Assembly: GCA_021790515.1 (NCBI GenBank)
Contig: JAJYHV010000065.1
Location: forward strand, 13,981-77,980
From: Pseudomonadota bacterium
Lineage (GTDB): Bacteria; Pseudomonadota; Gammaproteobacteria; Burkholderiales; Sulfuriferulaceae
Length of the DNA stretch: 64,000 nucleotides
Direction of reading: 5' to 3'
Shown here one piece after another: positions 10,952 through 21,570 of the stretch (the stretch's first letter is position 1; each line of letters begins with the position of its first letter). Under the pieces are notes generated by a model, which searched no databases, was not told the DNA's origin, and saw only the letters and a program-made list of their open reading frames with translations. The position numbers and the translations under genes were made by a program.

Positions 10952-11588
10952 AATTTGTCTGTTCCATCGAATTGCTCGTCATGACATCGACATACTGACG
11001 CCATGCATCCGTCTCGCCACGATTCGCGATCTGTCTCACCCAAGTGGGGCTATTGTCCCACAAACACGGCTTGCCCGAAACCATGATTCCATTACGGAGA
11101 GGCGGTCGGATTTGATTCGCCATACCCGTTACAGCCGGAAAACAATGGATGTACGCGTCATGAATGGTTATTCCATGGACAAACTTATTGACAAATTCCA
11201 CAACGTCGCCGGCGTGCTTTCCGGTTGCAACCCAGCACGACAAATCAATCAGCGGACTCTGCAACGAAAAATGCCTGCGCCAATCTTCCGAAAGTCAGCG
11301 CAGGCACCACTCGGATGCGTCTCGAACACATCGGACGCACCCCGATGTCAAAAATCAACTATTTGCGGGCAGTTATCAGGAAAAAAACACGACCGATAAA
11401 AAACTCATCCATGCCATCACAATCAACCCCACCACAACGGTCAACGGAAAGTTGGCTTTGCTGAACAGAAAAGTAACCATGTCACACCCCTTATTCACGA
11501 CAACAAGATAAAAAGACTGTTACGTCTTGTTGAAGTGTAACAGACGCCAAGCTCTTTTTAAAGTAATTTAGTATAAAATTGTCTTTAA

Positions 11589-11762
11589 GGAAGCGCTGAT
11601 TAACTCCTCCACGAGGAGCAAAGCAGACCAAATCGCGATAATCGCGAGTCGAACGACGAAGGTCATAGCCAAGACTACGATGCCAAGGAGGTCGGCGAAG
11701 CGAGCGCGCGATTTGGTTGCAACCTATGGGACGGCGTTTGGCGGGCGAACTGCCGTGTTGCG
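11589..11762. mobile_element. MITE-like element, truncated copy (left TIR, module A, start of module B)
   Basis: TTAA followed by GGAAGCGCTGATTAA; about 170 nt closely match 43039-43213; no right TIR. Confidence 0.8.
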
Positions 11763-11803
11763 CAGCCGCCCCGCCCTTTGGGTTGCAACGGGCATCTGGT
11801 ATG

Positions 11804-12124
11804 TCAGTGCGTCAACACCCATTGCGCAAGCAAATGCAATTCCTGCGGGCTGGCCTGCACGTTTGGCGGCATAGACACCTGTCCCCAATCGCCGACGCTG
11901 CCATGCTGCAAGCGCTGCGTCAGATAGTCTGCGGCATTGGGTGTCTTGCGGTAGCGGGCGGCCACCGCCTTGAAAGAGGGGCCAATCACCGTATGATCAA
12001 TGGCGTGACAAGTCATGCAGGCGTTCTCCTGCGCCAGTTGCAACATGGCATCGTCGGCGTGCGCCAACATGCTGCAACACAATCCAACACCCATTCCAAA
12101 GATACGCAACCACATGGCTTTCAA
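11804..12124 (-). CDS. Periplasmic class I cytochrome c (c551/c552-like)
   Basis: Signal peptide, CMTCH haem site, GPSF, MPP axial Met. Confidence 0.92.
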   Translation of the reverse strand: MKAMWLRIFGMGVGLCCSMLAHADDAMLQLAQENACMTCHAIDHTVIGPSFKAVAARYRKTPNAADYLTQRLQHGSVGDWGQVSMPPNVQASPQELHLLAQWVLTH

Positions 12125-12137
12125 CCTTTATTCTCCA

Positions 12138-12755
12138 CTACTCATCACTCGATAACCAGTCCATCAACGTTTGCCATTGCTCTCGCTCACGCAGCGTCTG
12201 TCGTACCGGCAAATCCACAATGCCCTTGCCTTCAAAGGCCGCTTTCACATACGCCTGCGTATCCTGCAAGCTGGCAACCACCGGCAAACCATGCTGGACA
12301 CAGAAACCTTCCATCTGTTGCGCGGCCCAGGTTCTTGGTGCCATGCGCATTCCCACTACCCCCAGGCGCACCCGTTCTTTACGCACGGCTTTTTCTGCTT
12401 TCAGTGCCGCCACAAAAGCAGCGCTGGCTTCGAGATCAAACAAGGAATTTCCCATCGGCACCAGCACATACCGGGCAAGCTTCAACATACGGGCGAGCAT
12501 TTTTCCATGCACGCCCGCCGGGCTGTCGATAACCAGCCAACCTGCGCGTGTGGCAGACGGTGTGTCTGCATGATAAGGCCACACGACCGGAAGCTGGCTG
12601 GCGCGACGTGCCAACCAACTCTGCGCAGACTGTTGTCGATCCAGATCAAGCAGTCGCACGTTGTTTCCTTGCTGTGCCAGCATGGCAGCCAAGTTTACCG
12701 CCAGCGTGGTCTTGCCGCTCCCGCCTTTGGGATTCGCCACCAACAGGGTTTTCAC
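12138..12755 (-). CDS. Orphan ParA/MinD-family ATPase
   Basis: [11 protein letters not shown] deviant Walker [17 protein letters not shown]. Confidence 0.88.
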   Translation of the reverse strand: MKTLLVANPKGGSGKTTLAVNLAAMLAQQGNNVRLLDLDRQQSAQSWLARRASQLPVVWPYHADTPSATRAGWLVIDSPAGVHGKMLARMLKLARYVLVPMGNSLFDLEASAAFVAALKAEKAVRKERVRLGVVGMRMAPRTWAAQQMEGFCVQHGLPVVASLQDTQAYVKAAFEGKGIVDLPVRQTLREREQWQTLMDWLSSDE

Positions 12756-14611
12756 GCCAAACGTTCCACCTGACTCACGTCGCGCACCGCACCAGTAGCA
12801 GCCGACGTTGTCATCGCGGCATACGCACGCAAAGCCGGCGACACCTTGCGCTGCCGCAATTCAACCGGCCGCCAGGCCATCGTTCCTCGCGCAGCCATCG
12901 CTGCCCGTCGAGCCGTCAGCACGTCATCTGTCACCGCAAGATGAATACGGCGCGCCGGAATATCAATTTCAATGATGTCCCCTTCCTCTACCAGACCAAT
13001 CACCCCGCCTTCAGCCGCTTCCGGCGAAACGTGCCCGATGCTCAAACCGGACGTGCCGCCGGAAAAGCGGCCATCGGTAATCAAGGCGCAGACTTTGCCC
13101 AGGTGCTTGGCTTTGAGGTAAGAAGTCGGGTAGAGCATTTCCTGCATGCCCGGGCCACCCTTAGGGCCTTCATAACGAATCACCACCACGTCGCCCGGAC
13201 GAATCCGGTCATCCAGAATTGCCGTCACCGCGCTGTCCTGCGATTCGAAAACCCGGACCGGACCGGAAAAACATAAAATGCTTTCATCAACCCCGGCCGT
13301 CTTGACGATGCAGCCATCCTGCGCCAGATTGCCCTGCAACACGGCCAATCCGCCCTCGCGGCTGTAGGCGTGTGCGGCATCACGAATACAACCTTGCGCG
13401 CGATCGCTGTCAAGCGTCGGCCAGCGCTTGTCCTGACTGAAGGCCACTTGTGTCGGCACGCCGCCGGGAGCGGCACGATAAAACTGGTGTACCGATTCAT
13501 CCTTTGTCTGTCGAATGTCATATTGCGCCAACGCATCCGCCAGTGTATCGCTGTGCACAGTCGGCACGTCGTGATGAATCAGTCCGGCGCGGTCAAGTTC
13601 GCCCAGAATCGCCATCACACCACCAGCGCGATGCACATCTTCCATGTGATATTGTGGTGTGGCAGGGGCCACCTTGCACAAATTCGGCACACAGCGACTC
13701 ATGCGATCGATGTCATGCATGGTAAAAGGCACTTGCGCTTCGTGCGCTGCGGCAAGCAGATGCAGTACGGTGTTGGTTGACCCCCCCATGGCGATATCCA
13801 GCGCCACCGCATTTTCAAACGCGGCAAAGCTGGCAATGTTACGCGGCAGCACGCGCTCGTCATTGCCCTCATAATACCGCTTTGCCAACGCAACAATCTG
13901 GCGGCCAGCCCGTAAAAACAATTGCTTGCGATCAGCATGCGTCGCCAGCACCGAACCATTGCCCGGCAAAGACAAACCCAGCGCTTCAGTGAGACAGTTC
14001 ATCGAGTTGGCAGTAAACATGCCGGAACACGAACCGCAGGTCGGGCACGCCGAGCGCTCGACCTGCGCCACGGTTTCATCCGACTCTTCACTGCTGGCCG
14101 CCAACACCATGGCGTCCACCAAATCAAGTTTCATTACCTGTCCATGCAATACCGTTTTGCCGGATTCCATCGGGCCACCGGAAACAAAAATCACTGGAAT
14201 GTTCAGTCGCAAGGCGGCCATCAACATGCCGGGCGTGATTTTGTCGCAATTCGACAAACAAACCAGCGCATCGGCGCAATGCGCATTCACCATATATTCC
14301 ACGCTATCCGCAATCAAGTCGCGTGACGGCAACGAATACAACATGCCATCGTGCCCCATGGCAATGCCGTCATCAACGGCAATGGTATTGAATTCTTTTG
14401 CCACACCGCCCGCCGCTTCGATTTCACGCGCAATGAGCTGACCCAGATCTTTCAGATGCACGTGACCAGGCACAAACTGGGTAAATGAATTGGCTATGGC
14501 AATCAGCGGTTTGTCAAAATCGGCATCGGTCATGCCGGTGGCGCGCCATAATGCGCGTGCACCCGCCATATTGCGACCATGAGTTGTGGTACGAGAACGA
14601 TAGTCAGGCAT
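12752..14611 (-). CDS. ilvD: Dihydroxy-acid dehydratase
   Basis: [53 protein letters not shown]. Confidence 0.97.
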   Translation of the reverse strand: MPDYRSRTTTHGRNMAGARALWRATGMTDADFDKPLIAIANSFTQFVPGHVHLKDLGQLIAREIEAAGGVAKEFNTIAVDDGIAMGHDGMLYSLPSRDLIADSVEYMVNAHCADALVCLSNCDKITPGMLMAALRLNIPVIFVSGGPMESGKTVLHGQVMKLDLVDAMVLAASSEESDETVAQVERSACPTCGSCSGMFTANSMNCLTEALGLSLPGNGSVLATHADRKQLFLRAGRQIVALAKRYYEGNDERVLPRNIASFAAFENAVALDIAMGGSTNTVLHLLAAAHEAQVPFTMHDIDRMSRCVPNLCKVAPATPQYHMEDVHRAGGVMAILGELDRAGLIHHDVPTVHSDTLADALAQYDIRQTKDESVHQFYRAAPGGVPTQVAFSQDKRWPTLDSDRAQGCIRDAAHAYSREGGLAVLQGNLAQDGCIVKTAGVDESILCFSGPVRVFESQDSAVTAILDDRIRPGDVVVIRYEGPKGGPGMQEMLYPTSYLKAKHLGKVCALITDGRFSGGTSGLSIGHVSPEAAEGGVIGLVEEGDIIEIDIPARRIHLAVTDDVLTARRAAMAARGTMAWRPVELRQRKVSPALRAYAAMTTSAATGAVRDVSQVERLA

Positions 14612-14669
14612 ACAGTTTTCATCAACAAGTGCGATAATGCCATCCATTCTAACGCAAATCTGGATGCAT

Positions 14670-15467
14670 ATGCTTATTCACCCACAAATCAACCCCGTTG
14701 CACTGGCGATTGGCCCGTTGGCGATTCGCTGGTATGGACTGATGTATCTGTTGGCCTTTTTGATGGTATTGGCGCTTGGCCGTTACCGTATCCGCCAACG
14801 CCCGCAATCCGGCTGGCAATTGCCGGAAATGGACGATTTGCTATCGTCAGGCGTGCTTGGCGTGGTGTTGGGTGGCCGGTTGGGTTATGTTCTGTTTTAC
14901 AAACCCGAATTTTATTTTGCCCACCCCTTGCAGATTTTTTATGTCTGGCAGGGCGGGATGTCGTTTCATGGCGGGTTCATTGGCGTCATGCTGGCGATGT
15001 GGCTTTTCAGCCGCCGCCATCACAAGCCCTGGCTCGCGGTGATGGATTTTGTCGCACCGCTGGTTCCGCTGGGATTAGGGGCGGGGCGCATCGGCAATTT
15101 CATCAATGGCGAATTATGGGGGCGACCAACCCATGTGCCATGGGCGATGGTTTTTCCTGCCGTGGACAATTTACCGCGCCACCCCTCGCAATTGTACGAG
15201 TTCGGTCTGGAAGGAATTACCCTGTTTACGCTGCTATGGCTGTTCTCCGCCAAACCACGCCCTGTGGGCGCCGTTTCCGCCTTGTTTCTCATCGGTTACG
15301 GCAGCTTCCGCTTTCTGGTCGAATTCACCCGCGAACCAGACGATTTTCTCGGCCTGCTTGCCATGGGTCTCAGTATGGGACAATGGCTGTCGCTACCGAT
15401 GATCATCGCTGGCATTATCATGATGATCTGGGTGTATCGTCGTCAACCATCGAGTCATTCGGCATGA
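14670..15467 (+). CDS. lgt: Prolipoprotein diacylglyceryl transferase
   Basis: [48 protein letters not shown]. Confidence 0.97.
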   Translation: MLIHPQINPVALAIGPLAIRWYGLMYLLAFLMVLALGRYRIRQRPQSGWQLPEMDDLLSSGVLGVVLGGRLGYVLFYKPEFYFAHPLQIFYVWQGGMSFHGGFIGVMLAMWLFSRRHHKPWLAVMDFVAPLVPLGLGAGRIGNFINGELWGRPTHVPWAMVFPAVDNLPRHPSQLYEFGLEGITLFTLLWLFSAKPRPVGAVSALFLIGYGSFRFLVEFTREPDDFLGLLAMGLSMGQWLSLPMIIAGIIMMIWVYRRQPSSHSA

Positions 15468-16387
15468 CGTTGACCGATCTGCGCTATCTGGTGGCGCTGG
15501 CTCGTGAACGGCATTTTGGCCGGGCAGCCGAAAGTTGCTTCGTTTCCCAACCCACCTTGAGCGTCGCCATTCGTAAACTGGAAGAAGACCTCGGCGTTAC
15601 CTTGTTCGAGCGCAACAAGCACGACATCACCCTGACCCCCACCGGCAATGAAATCGTTGCCCAGGCAAAACGGGTTCTTGACGCGGCACAGATACTCAAG
15701 GACATGGCGCGATTAAGTCACGACCCCTTATCCGCACCCTTGCGGCTGGGCGCCATTTTTACCGTTGCACCCTATGTGCTGCCGACGCTCATCCCCGTAC
15801 TGCACACCCTTGCGCCGCACATGCCCTTGCTACTGGAAGAAAATTTCACCCACAAACTAACCGAACGCCTGCGCCAGGGTGAACTTGACGCCATGTTGAT
15901 TGCGCTACCATTTACAGAGCCTGGCATGGCCGTGCAGGCGCTATACCACGAAGATTTTCGCGCCGTCATCCGCCGCGACCATCCCTGGGCAGCCCGCGAA
16001 ACCATTCATGCCTCAGAACTGGCCAACGAACCACTGCTTTTGTTGGGAACAGGTCATTGCTTTCGCGATCAGGTGCTCGCCAGTTGCCCGGCGCTACAGC
16101 ATCCGGCACACCCGTCATCCATGCAAAGAACGCTCGAATCCGGCAGTCTGGAAACCATCCGTCATATGGTCGCTTCCGGCACCGGCATCACCGTCATGCC
16201 TTGCACCGCAACCGTGCACCTGCCCGGCGATCAATTATTGGCGCGGCCATTTCAGCAACCGGTACCCTCTCGCACCGTGGCGCTAGTCTGGCGCAACAGT
16301 TTTCCTCGCCCACAGGCCATTGCGGCACTGATTCAGGCCATACACCAGACTGCGCTGCCCTGCGTCAACTGGATGACCGGAACATAA
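15464..16387 (+). CDS. oxyR: OxyR hydrogen-peroxide-sensing LysR regulator
   Basis: [20 protein letters not shown]; [12 protein letters not shown] redox cysteine pair; [12 protein letters not shown]; ATGA overlap with lgt. Confidence 0.92.
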   Translation: MTLTDLRYLVALARERHFGRAAESCFVSQPTLSVAIRKLEEDLGVTLFERNKHDITLTPTGNEIVAQAKRVLDAAQILKDMARLSHDPLSAPLRLGAIFTVAPYVLPTLIPVLHTLAPHMPLLLEENFTHKLTERLRQGELDAMLIALPFTEPGMAVQALYHEDFRAVIRRDHPWAARETIHASELANEPLLLLGTGHCFRDQVLASCPALQHPAHPSSMQRTLESGSLETIRHMVASGTGITVMPCTATVHLPGDQLLARPFQQPVPSRTVALVWRNSFPRPQAIAALIQAIHQTALPCVNWMTGT

Positions 16388-16420
16388 TAAAAAACTATCA
16401 AATTGATAATAATGATTCAT
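16384..16420. promoter_or_regulatory. OxyR-box-like operator upstream of rubrerythrin
   Basis: ATAA-N7-CTAT-N7-ATAA-N7-TCAT versus consensus ATAG-N7-CTAT-N7-ATAG-N7-CTAT. Confidence 0.65.
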
Positions 16421-16512
16421 TGGATTTATTGTTTTGTTGTCAGTAACATGTTGTTTCGAGGTGCTTGCAAAAGCACCAATTGTTGAACCACCACGTTATT
16501 AAGGAGCCTTTC

Positions 16513-16998
16513 ATGCATCAAGATACCGCGTCCGTCACCATCAAGAATCTGGAATCCGCTTTCGCCGGCGAATCCATGGCACACATCAAATACATGTACT
16601 TTGCCCGCATCTGCCGTGCCACGGGTGATGAAGAAACCGCCCGCGTATTCGAAGCCACCGCTGCGCAGGAAATTCTGCACGCTTTTGGTCATCTCGACTT
16701 GCTATACCCGGCTGCCAGCATGTCTCCCGCCCGTTGCCTCAATATGGCCATCGAGGGTGAGACCTACGAATACACAGAAATGTACCCTTCATTCCGCCAC
16801 GCCGCTGTGGAAGAAGAACAACACGCGGCCGTGGCAGAAATCGACGGTCAGATTGCAGAATCACGCGAGCACGCCGAGCGTTTCAAGGCCATGTTGGAAA
16901 AAGCCGCCAAACGTTTTGCCGCTCTGGCCAAGGTAGAAGAGCGCCACGCCAACCATTACCGCGAAACATTGCAACACGTTCAGGCTGCCGGCCGATAA
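16513..16998 (+). CDS. Rubrerythrin-family protein lacking a rubredoxin domain
   Basis: AFAGES, Y-x2-FA, E-x2-HA and GETYEYTEMYP diiron ligands; AAGGAG RBS. Confidence 0.9.
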   Translation: MHQDTASVTIKNLESAFAGESMAHIKYMYFARICRATGDEETARVFEATAAQEILHAFGHLDLLYPAASMSPARCLNMAIEGETYEYTEMYPSFRHAAVEEEQHAAVAEIDGQIAESREHAERFKAMLEKAAKRFAALAKVEERHANHYRETLQHVQAAGR

Positions 16999-17025
16999 AC
17001 CACTCGACTTCTCAGGAGAAATCAC

Positions 17026-17190
17026 ATGAAAAAATGGCAATGTATCGTTTGTGGGTTCATTTATGACGAAGTGGCCGGGTTGCCTGACGAAGGCATCGCC
17101 CCCGGCACCCGATGGGAAGACATTCCGGAAGACTGGTGTTGCCCCGATTGCGGCGTCGCCAAAGCCGATTTTGAAATGATTAACATATAA
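17026..17190 (+). CDS. Rubredoxin (54 aa, absent from the ORF track)
   Basis: [15 protein letters not shown]...[13 protein letters not shown]; two CxxC motifs; CAGGAG RBS. Confidence 0.95.
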   Translation: MKKWQCIVCGFIYDEVAGLPDEGIAPGTRWEDIPEDWCCPDCGVAKADFEMINI

Positions 17191-17219
17191 GTAAACCACC
17201 ACGGGTCAGGAGAACAAGC

Positions 17220-18359
17220 ATGCAACAATCTTTGACAATCATCGGTAGCGGCATGGCGGCTTACACGCTGGCCCGTGAGTGGCGCAAACGCGATACAACC
17301 AGCCCTTTGACCATCATCACGGCCGATGATGGCGTCTCTTACAGCAAACCCATGCTCTCGGCGGCCTTTGCACAGCAAAAGACCCCTGCCATGCTGGCGC
17401 AGGCCGGCGCAGAACAAATGGCTGCCCAATTACAGGCAAACATCCTCCCGCACACGCAAGTCACGCAAATCGACGTGGCGCAACATTCGCTGCAAGCCAA
17501 TGGACAAACGATTTCCTGGCAGCGCTTGGTCCTCGCTACCGGCGCAGACACGCTCAACCCGCAACTGGCGGGAGATGCCGCCGGGCGCGTACTATCCGTC
17601 AACAGTCTGCAGGATTACACCCGGTTTCACGAAGCCCTGAAAAACACACGCCACATTACCTTGCTCGGTGGCGGATTGATTGGCTGTGAATTCGCCAATG
17701 ATCTGGCTGCGGCAGGTTACCCTGTCACGGTAGTGCATGCCGGCAATTGGCCGCTGGAGCGCATGATTCCGGAAGTCGCCGGCGAACAAATGGTATACGC
17801 CCTGAGCCAGCTTGGCGTGGATTATCGTTTGCAACGACGGGCGAAATCCGTGCATCAGCACGCCAACCAGTTCTCGATAACTCTCGATAATGGTGAAGTC
17901 ATCACCACTGATCTGGTTGTCAGTGCCATTGGACTCAAGCCTCGCACCGCGCTGGCAACAACCGCCGGCATCGCCATCAATCGCGGCATTCTGGTCGATG
18001 AACACCTGAGAACCAATATCCCCGATATTTATGCTTTGGGAGATGGCGCTGAATTGAACGGACAACTCCTGCCTTTCGTCCAACCGCTGCTGACCCAGGC
18101 GCGGGCATTGGCAGCCACGCTGGCGGGCGACCCTACGCCGGTACGCTACCCGGTGATGCCGGTCATTGTCAAAACGCCCGCCTATCCGGTTACGTTGGTC
18201 ACGCCACCGGCCAACAGCGAATGGCAGTGGCACATCGATATACAGCCCAATGCCATCTATGCCGCACAACGCGATGTCGACAATCGTTTGCTGGGTTTTG
18301 TCCTCACCGGTTCGGCCGCAGCCGAACGGGCGGGGTGGTTAAAACAACTCAACTCCTGA
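17220..18359 (+). CDS. Rubredoxin-NAD(+) reductase (RubB/AlkT-like)
   Basis: IIGSGMAAY, YSKPMLS, GGGLIGCEFANDL, IYALGD, P-x2-VKTP. Confidence 0.9.
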   Translation: MQQSLTIIGSGMAAYTLAREWRKRDTTSPLTIITADDGVSYSKPMLSAAFAQQKTPAMLAQAGAEQMAAQLQANILPHTQVTQIDVAQHSLQANGQTISWQRLVLATGADTLNPQLAGDAAGRVLSVNSLQDYTRFHEALKNTRHITLLGGGLIGCEFANDLAAAGYPVTVVHAGNWPLERMIPEVAGEQMVYALSQLGVDYRLQRRAKSVHQHANQFSITLDNGEVITTDLVVSAIGLKPRTALATTAGIAINRGILVDEHLRTNIPDIYALGDGAELNGQLLPFVQPLLTQARALAATLAGDPTPVRYPVMPVIVKTPAYPVTLVTPPANSEWQWHIDIQPNAIYAAQRDVDNRLLGFVLTGSAAAERAGWLKQLNS

Positions 18360-18394
18360 AAAGCGCCATATCGGGAAGCCACCACCCCCGACAA

Positions 18395-18766
18395 TCAGGA
18401 CGCCGCTGCTTGCTGCTCGGCAATTTCCTTGTGCACCTGCGCCATATCCAACGCCTTGGCCTGCGCAATCAAATCGTCGAGCGCTGCAGCGGGCAACGAA
18501 CCGGGCTGAGAAAAAATAATCACTTTTTCACGAAAAATCATCAAGGTGGGAATGGATCGAATCTGAAAGCTGGCTGCCAGACCTTGCTCGACTTCCGTAT
18601 TGACCTTGGCAAAAGTAATGTCGGGATATTTTTCCGAGGCGGCTTCAAATATCGGCGCAAAAGCGCGACAAGGCGCACACCAGGGCGCCCAGAAATCCAG
18701 CAGGATAAAGTCCTGGCTGGTAATGGTGCTTTCAAAATTTTCTTCGGTCAGTTCCAGAACAGCCAT
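18395..18766 (-). CDS. Thioredoxin
   Basis: DFWAPWCAPCRAFAP, IRSIPTL. Confidence 0.93.
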   Translation of the reverse strand: MAVLELTEENFESTITSQDFILLDFWAPWCAPCRAFAPIFEAASEKYPDITFAKVNTEVEQGLAASFQIRSIPTLMIFREKVIIFSQPGSLPAAALDDLIAQAKALDMAQVHKEIAEQQAAAS

Positions 18767-18820
18767 GACATCATCCTTTGGTGGCAAGCAAAGTGTTCAC
18801 CATAGCATGTTTTATATCTC

Positions 18821-18854
18821 TGCCGCAAACCCCTGCAGGGGTTTGCCTGCGGCA
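18821..18854. promoter_or_regulatory. Palindrome in the divergent trx/regB promoter
   Basis: Perfect 22-bp palindrome GCAAACCCCTGCAGGGGTTTGC (18825-18846) inside TGCCGCA...TGCGGCA. Confidence 0.45.
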
Positions 18855-18899
18855 AATCGTCACGCCCATCTGCACCACCTGTTCGGCTACAATGTGCAC

Positions 18900-20186
18900 A
18901 TGATCAACCTTCTGCACACCCTGACGCTCGCCCCGCGCGAACTGCTGCGCAAACTGTTCTGGTTACGCTGGTATGGCCTTGTCGCGCAGGCCGCTGTCAT
19001 TCTGATCTCCCGGCTGACCTTGCACATCGCATTACCGCTGCACGATCTATGGCCGGTGCTGTTATTTTCTCTCGGCATCAACCTGTTTACCGGTTATCGC
19101 CTGCGGCGCAACTGGCCGGTCACCGCTTTCGAATGCTGGTTGCAACTGACCATCGACACGCTGATATTAACGCTGCTGCTGTACTTCTGCGGCGGCGCCA
19201 GCAATCCGTTTGTCTCGCTTTTCCTGTTACCGGTCATCATCGCCGCCACTTCTCTGCCGATACATTTTGCCTGGATACTTGCATTTTCCGGCATCGTCGC
19301 TTATTCGTGGTTGCTGCACACTTACATACCGCTGGCTTTACCCGTCGGCAGTCATTTGCTCAGTCTGCACTTGGTGGGCATGTGGATGAATTTCATGGCC
19401 AGCGCCCTGTTGATGACTTTCTTCATCGGCGATCTGACCAAGTTATTGCGCCAGCGCGACCGTGATATTGCACGTCTGCGCGAGCAAAGCCTGCGTCACG
19501 AAAAAATTATCGCCATTGCCAATCTGGCAGCCGGCGCGGCGCATGAATTGTCCACACCCCTGGCCACCATGAGCCTGCTCACGGAAACGCTGCAGGAAGA
19601 CTGCCTTGCCCACGCCACCGATAATCCCGACATCACGCAAAGCCTGCTTGTTCTCCGCCAGCAGATCCAGATCAGCAAACAGATTCTCACTCGCCTCACG
19701 CAACAGGGCGCGGCTCGTGCCGAGACCCTCCAACACAACGTACTCACTGCCTTCCTGCCTTCCGTCATGGAAAACTGGCAATTAATGCGACCGCAAGCCA
19801 AATACCAGATACGCTGGCTGAGCGAACCTCCCGACCCGATCATCCTGAGTAGTGAGGCACTGGCGCAGGCGCTCATCAATTTTTGCAACAACGCCGCCGA
19901 TGCCAGCAAACAACCCATTGAAATCGAAGCCGCATGGGATGCGACCGTGGTAGATATTCATATCTGCGACAGAGGCAACGGCTTTCCGCCGGATGCTCCC
20001 ATCGGACAGGCTTTTTTCACCACCAAACAAGGGCAGGGCGGGGCGGGTATCGGCATCATGCTGGCCCATGCCAGCATCGAACAGCTGGGCGGAAGCGTAC
20101 GAGTAAAATCTAGATCGGGCGGTGGAACCCGCGTCAGTGTGCGCTTACCCCGAACTTCCTCCGCGCCAACTGACATGAGGTTCTGA
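18900..20186 (+). CDS. regB: RegB/PrrB-type redox sensor histidine kinase
   Basis: About 6 TM helices, GGASNPF quinone-site motif, AHELSTPL H-box, DRGNGF G1 and GAGIG G2 boxes. Confidence 0.88.
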   Translation: MINLLHTLTLAPRELLRKLFWLRWYGLVAQAAVILISRLTLHIALPLHDLWPVLLFSLGINLFTGYRLRRNWPVTAFECWLQLTIDTLILTLLLYFCGGASNPFVSLFLLPVIIAATSLPIHFAWILAFSGIVAYSWLLHTYIPLALPVGSHLLSLHLVGMWMNFMASALLMTFFIGDLTKLLRQRDRDIARLREQSLRHEKIIAIANLAAGAAHELSTPLATMSLLTETLQEDCLAHATDNPDITQSLLVLRQQIQISKQILTRLTQQGAARAETLQHNVLTAFLPSVMENWQLMRPQAKYQIRWLSEPPDPIILSSEALAQALINFCNNAADASKQPIEIEAAWDATVVDIHICDRGNGFPPDAPIGQAFFTTKQGQGGAGIGIMLAHASIEQLGGSVRVKSRSGGGTRVSVRLPRTSSAPTDMRF

Positions 20187-20187
20187 C

Positions 20188-20721
20188 ATGCATCTTTTAC
20201 TCGTCGATGATGATGATACCTTCTGTTCCGTGCTGATCCGGGCGCTGAGCCGGCGCGGATTTACGGTACAACGCGCGCACAGCGTTGCTGACGCCTTGCA
20301 ACAATTGCAGCACATCGATCCACCAACGCACGCTCTGCTGGATTTAAAAATGCCGGGGGAAAGCGGGTTGCACCTCATCCCTGCGCTCAAACAGGGCAAC
20401 CCCGCCATGCACATCGTCATGCTGACGGGCTACGCCAGCATTGCCACGGCAGTGGAAGCCATCAAACTCGGCGCCACGCATTATCTCGCCAAACCGGCAG
20501 CATTATCGGACATTGTTGCCGCATTACAACGCCAACCGGATGGCAACCCGACCATCGCCCCTGCCGAACACCCTCCTTCGGTGCGGCGTTTGGAATGGGA
20601 ACACATCCAGCGCGTGCTCAACGAACATCACGGCAACATCTCTGCCACCGCCCGCGCGCTCAACATGCACCGGCGCACGTTGCAGCGCAAGCTGTTCAAA
20701 CATCCAACGCAAGAAAACTGA
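20188..20721 (+). CDS. regA: RegA/PrrA-type response regulator
   Basis: Receiver domain plus RLEWEHIQRVL-x5-GNISATARALNMHRRTLQRKL. Confidence 0.93.
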   Translation: MHLLLVDDDDTFCSVLIRALSRRGFTVQRAHSVADALQQLQHIDPPTHALLDLKMPGESGLHLIPALKQGNPAMHIVMLTGYASIATAVEAIKLGATHYLAKPAALSDIVAALQRQPDGNPTIAPAEHPPSVRRLEWEHIQRVLNEHHGNISATARALNMHRRTLQRKLFKHPTQEN

Positions 20722-20751
20722 TGTCGATCGCGTGAGAACCGCCTGCGGAAA

Positions 20752-21384
20752 TCAACTACCTTCACGCAGCTCGAATTTGACCTGCTCCAGAAATGTGCCC
20801 GCATACAGACTGCCGGTTTTGGATTCGCGCAGTGCCATGTGCCAGAAAGCTGCCGCAGCAAACAACTGTTCTGCCGTATGACAGCGCTGAATGCGCGCAA
20901 TGGTATCCGCGCCCATGAGTCCCAAATGAGTATTGGCCATGGTAATCATGAACTCTTTTACCTTGTGTACCACCGCCACGTTCTGTGTCAGAACGGGTGC
21001 CACACTGGTCAACACCGCTGGCGAAACAGCGGACTGATTGGCTGCTGAGCGACTTGCCGATTTGCCGTCTGGCTGCCCGCGCACTGACAATGAACTGCGC
21101 GCAGCGGCAGCCGCCGCCATACGCGCCTGCTCACGAATGGATTCGGCCAGCACAACAAACCCTTGTTCCAGCAAATAAGGAATGGTTTCCCGCAATTCTT
21201 CCAGCGGAATGACATTCGCCAGCACACCCATGTTTTTTGCACAATCAATCAAAATCAATGCGCTGCGTTGTCGTGCCAATAGCCCGTGCGTGCGCGCACT
21301 GACTTCCTGTCGCCCTTTATTGGTTTTACAATAGACGTGGTTCGGATGCAATGCCGCCACCAAATCCGGTCGGGAAGAAAGCAT
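20752..21384 (-). CDS. Hypothetical protein
   Basis: 210-aa ORF with N-terminal KTNKGRQEV...LILID segment; no function assigned. Confidence 0.7.
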   Translation of the reverse strand: MLSSRPDLVAALHPNHVYCKTNKGRQEVSARTHGLLARQRSALILIDCAKNMGVLANVIPLEELRETIPYLLEQGFVVLAESIREQARMAAAAAARSSLSVRGQPDGKSASRSAANQSAVSPAVLTSVAPVLTQNVAVVHKVKEFMITMANTHLGLMGADTIARIQRCHTAEQLFAAAAFWHMALRESKTGSLYAGTFLEQVKFELREGS

Positions 21385-21389
21385 AAGCC

Positions 21390-21406
21390 TTGATACCCCT
21401 TATCAA
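21390..21406. promoter_or_regulatory. TTGATA-N5-TATCAA palindrome, possible operator
   Basis: Directly upstream of the ATG at 21384. Confidence 0.3.
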
Positions 21407-21570
21407 ACATATTATGCGTAATCTAGCGTAATCACATGACAACATCATGAACCTTGTTTTTTTCAGAAACTTTTCCAGCAACATTCAGTCCGACCCATGC
21501 TGTCAATGGCAGCTTTATTGCTTCAACTGGCGCATGTGCTTCGTTTCTGTTTTTTTGAGAGGTATTGATT

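Noticed and set aside
11172-11260. Possible transposase N-terminal remnant (MDKLIDKFHNVAGVLSG)
   Set aside because: The resemblance is only a vague impression over a short stretch and cannot be supported without a search.
11680-11874. ORFs within or starting from MITE copies (also 42893-43420 and 57298-57630)
   Set aside because: They derive from repeat sequence, have no transposase motifs and are not consistent between copies.
14579-15463. 602-aa ORF suggesting an N-terminally extended LysR
   Set aside because: The upstream part is an off-frame read through lgt; OxyR starts at the ATGA overlap at 15464.
16405-16423. Fur box upstream of rubrerythrin
   Set aside because: About 10/19 match; the OxyR periodic motif explains the region better.
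21390-21406. FNR box
   Set aside because: The spacing is TTGAT-N7-ATCAA rather than N4.
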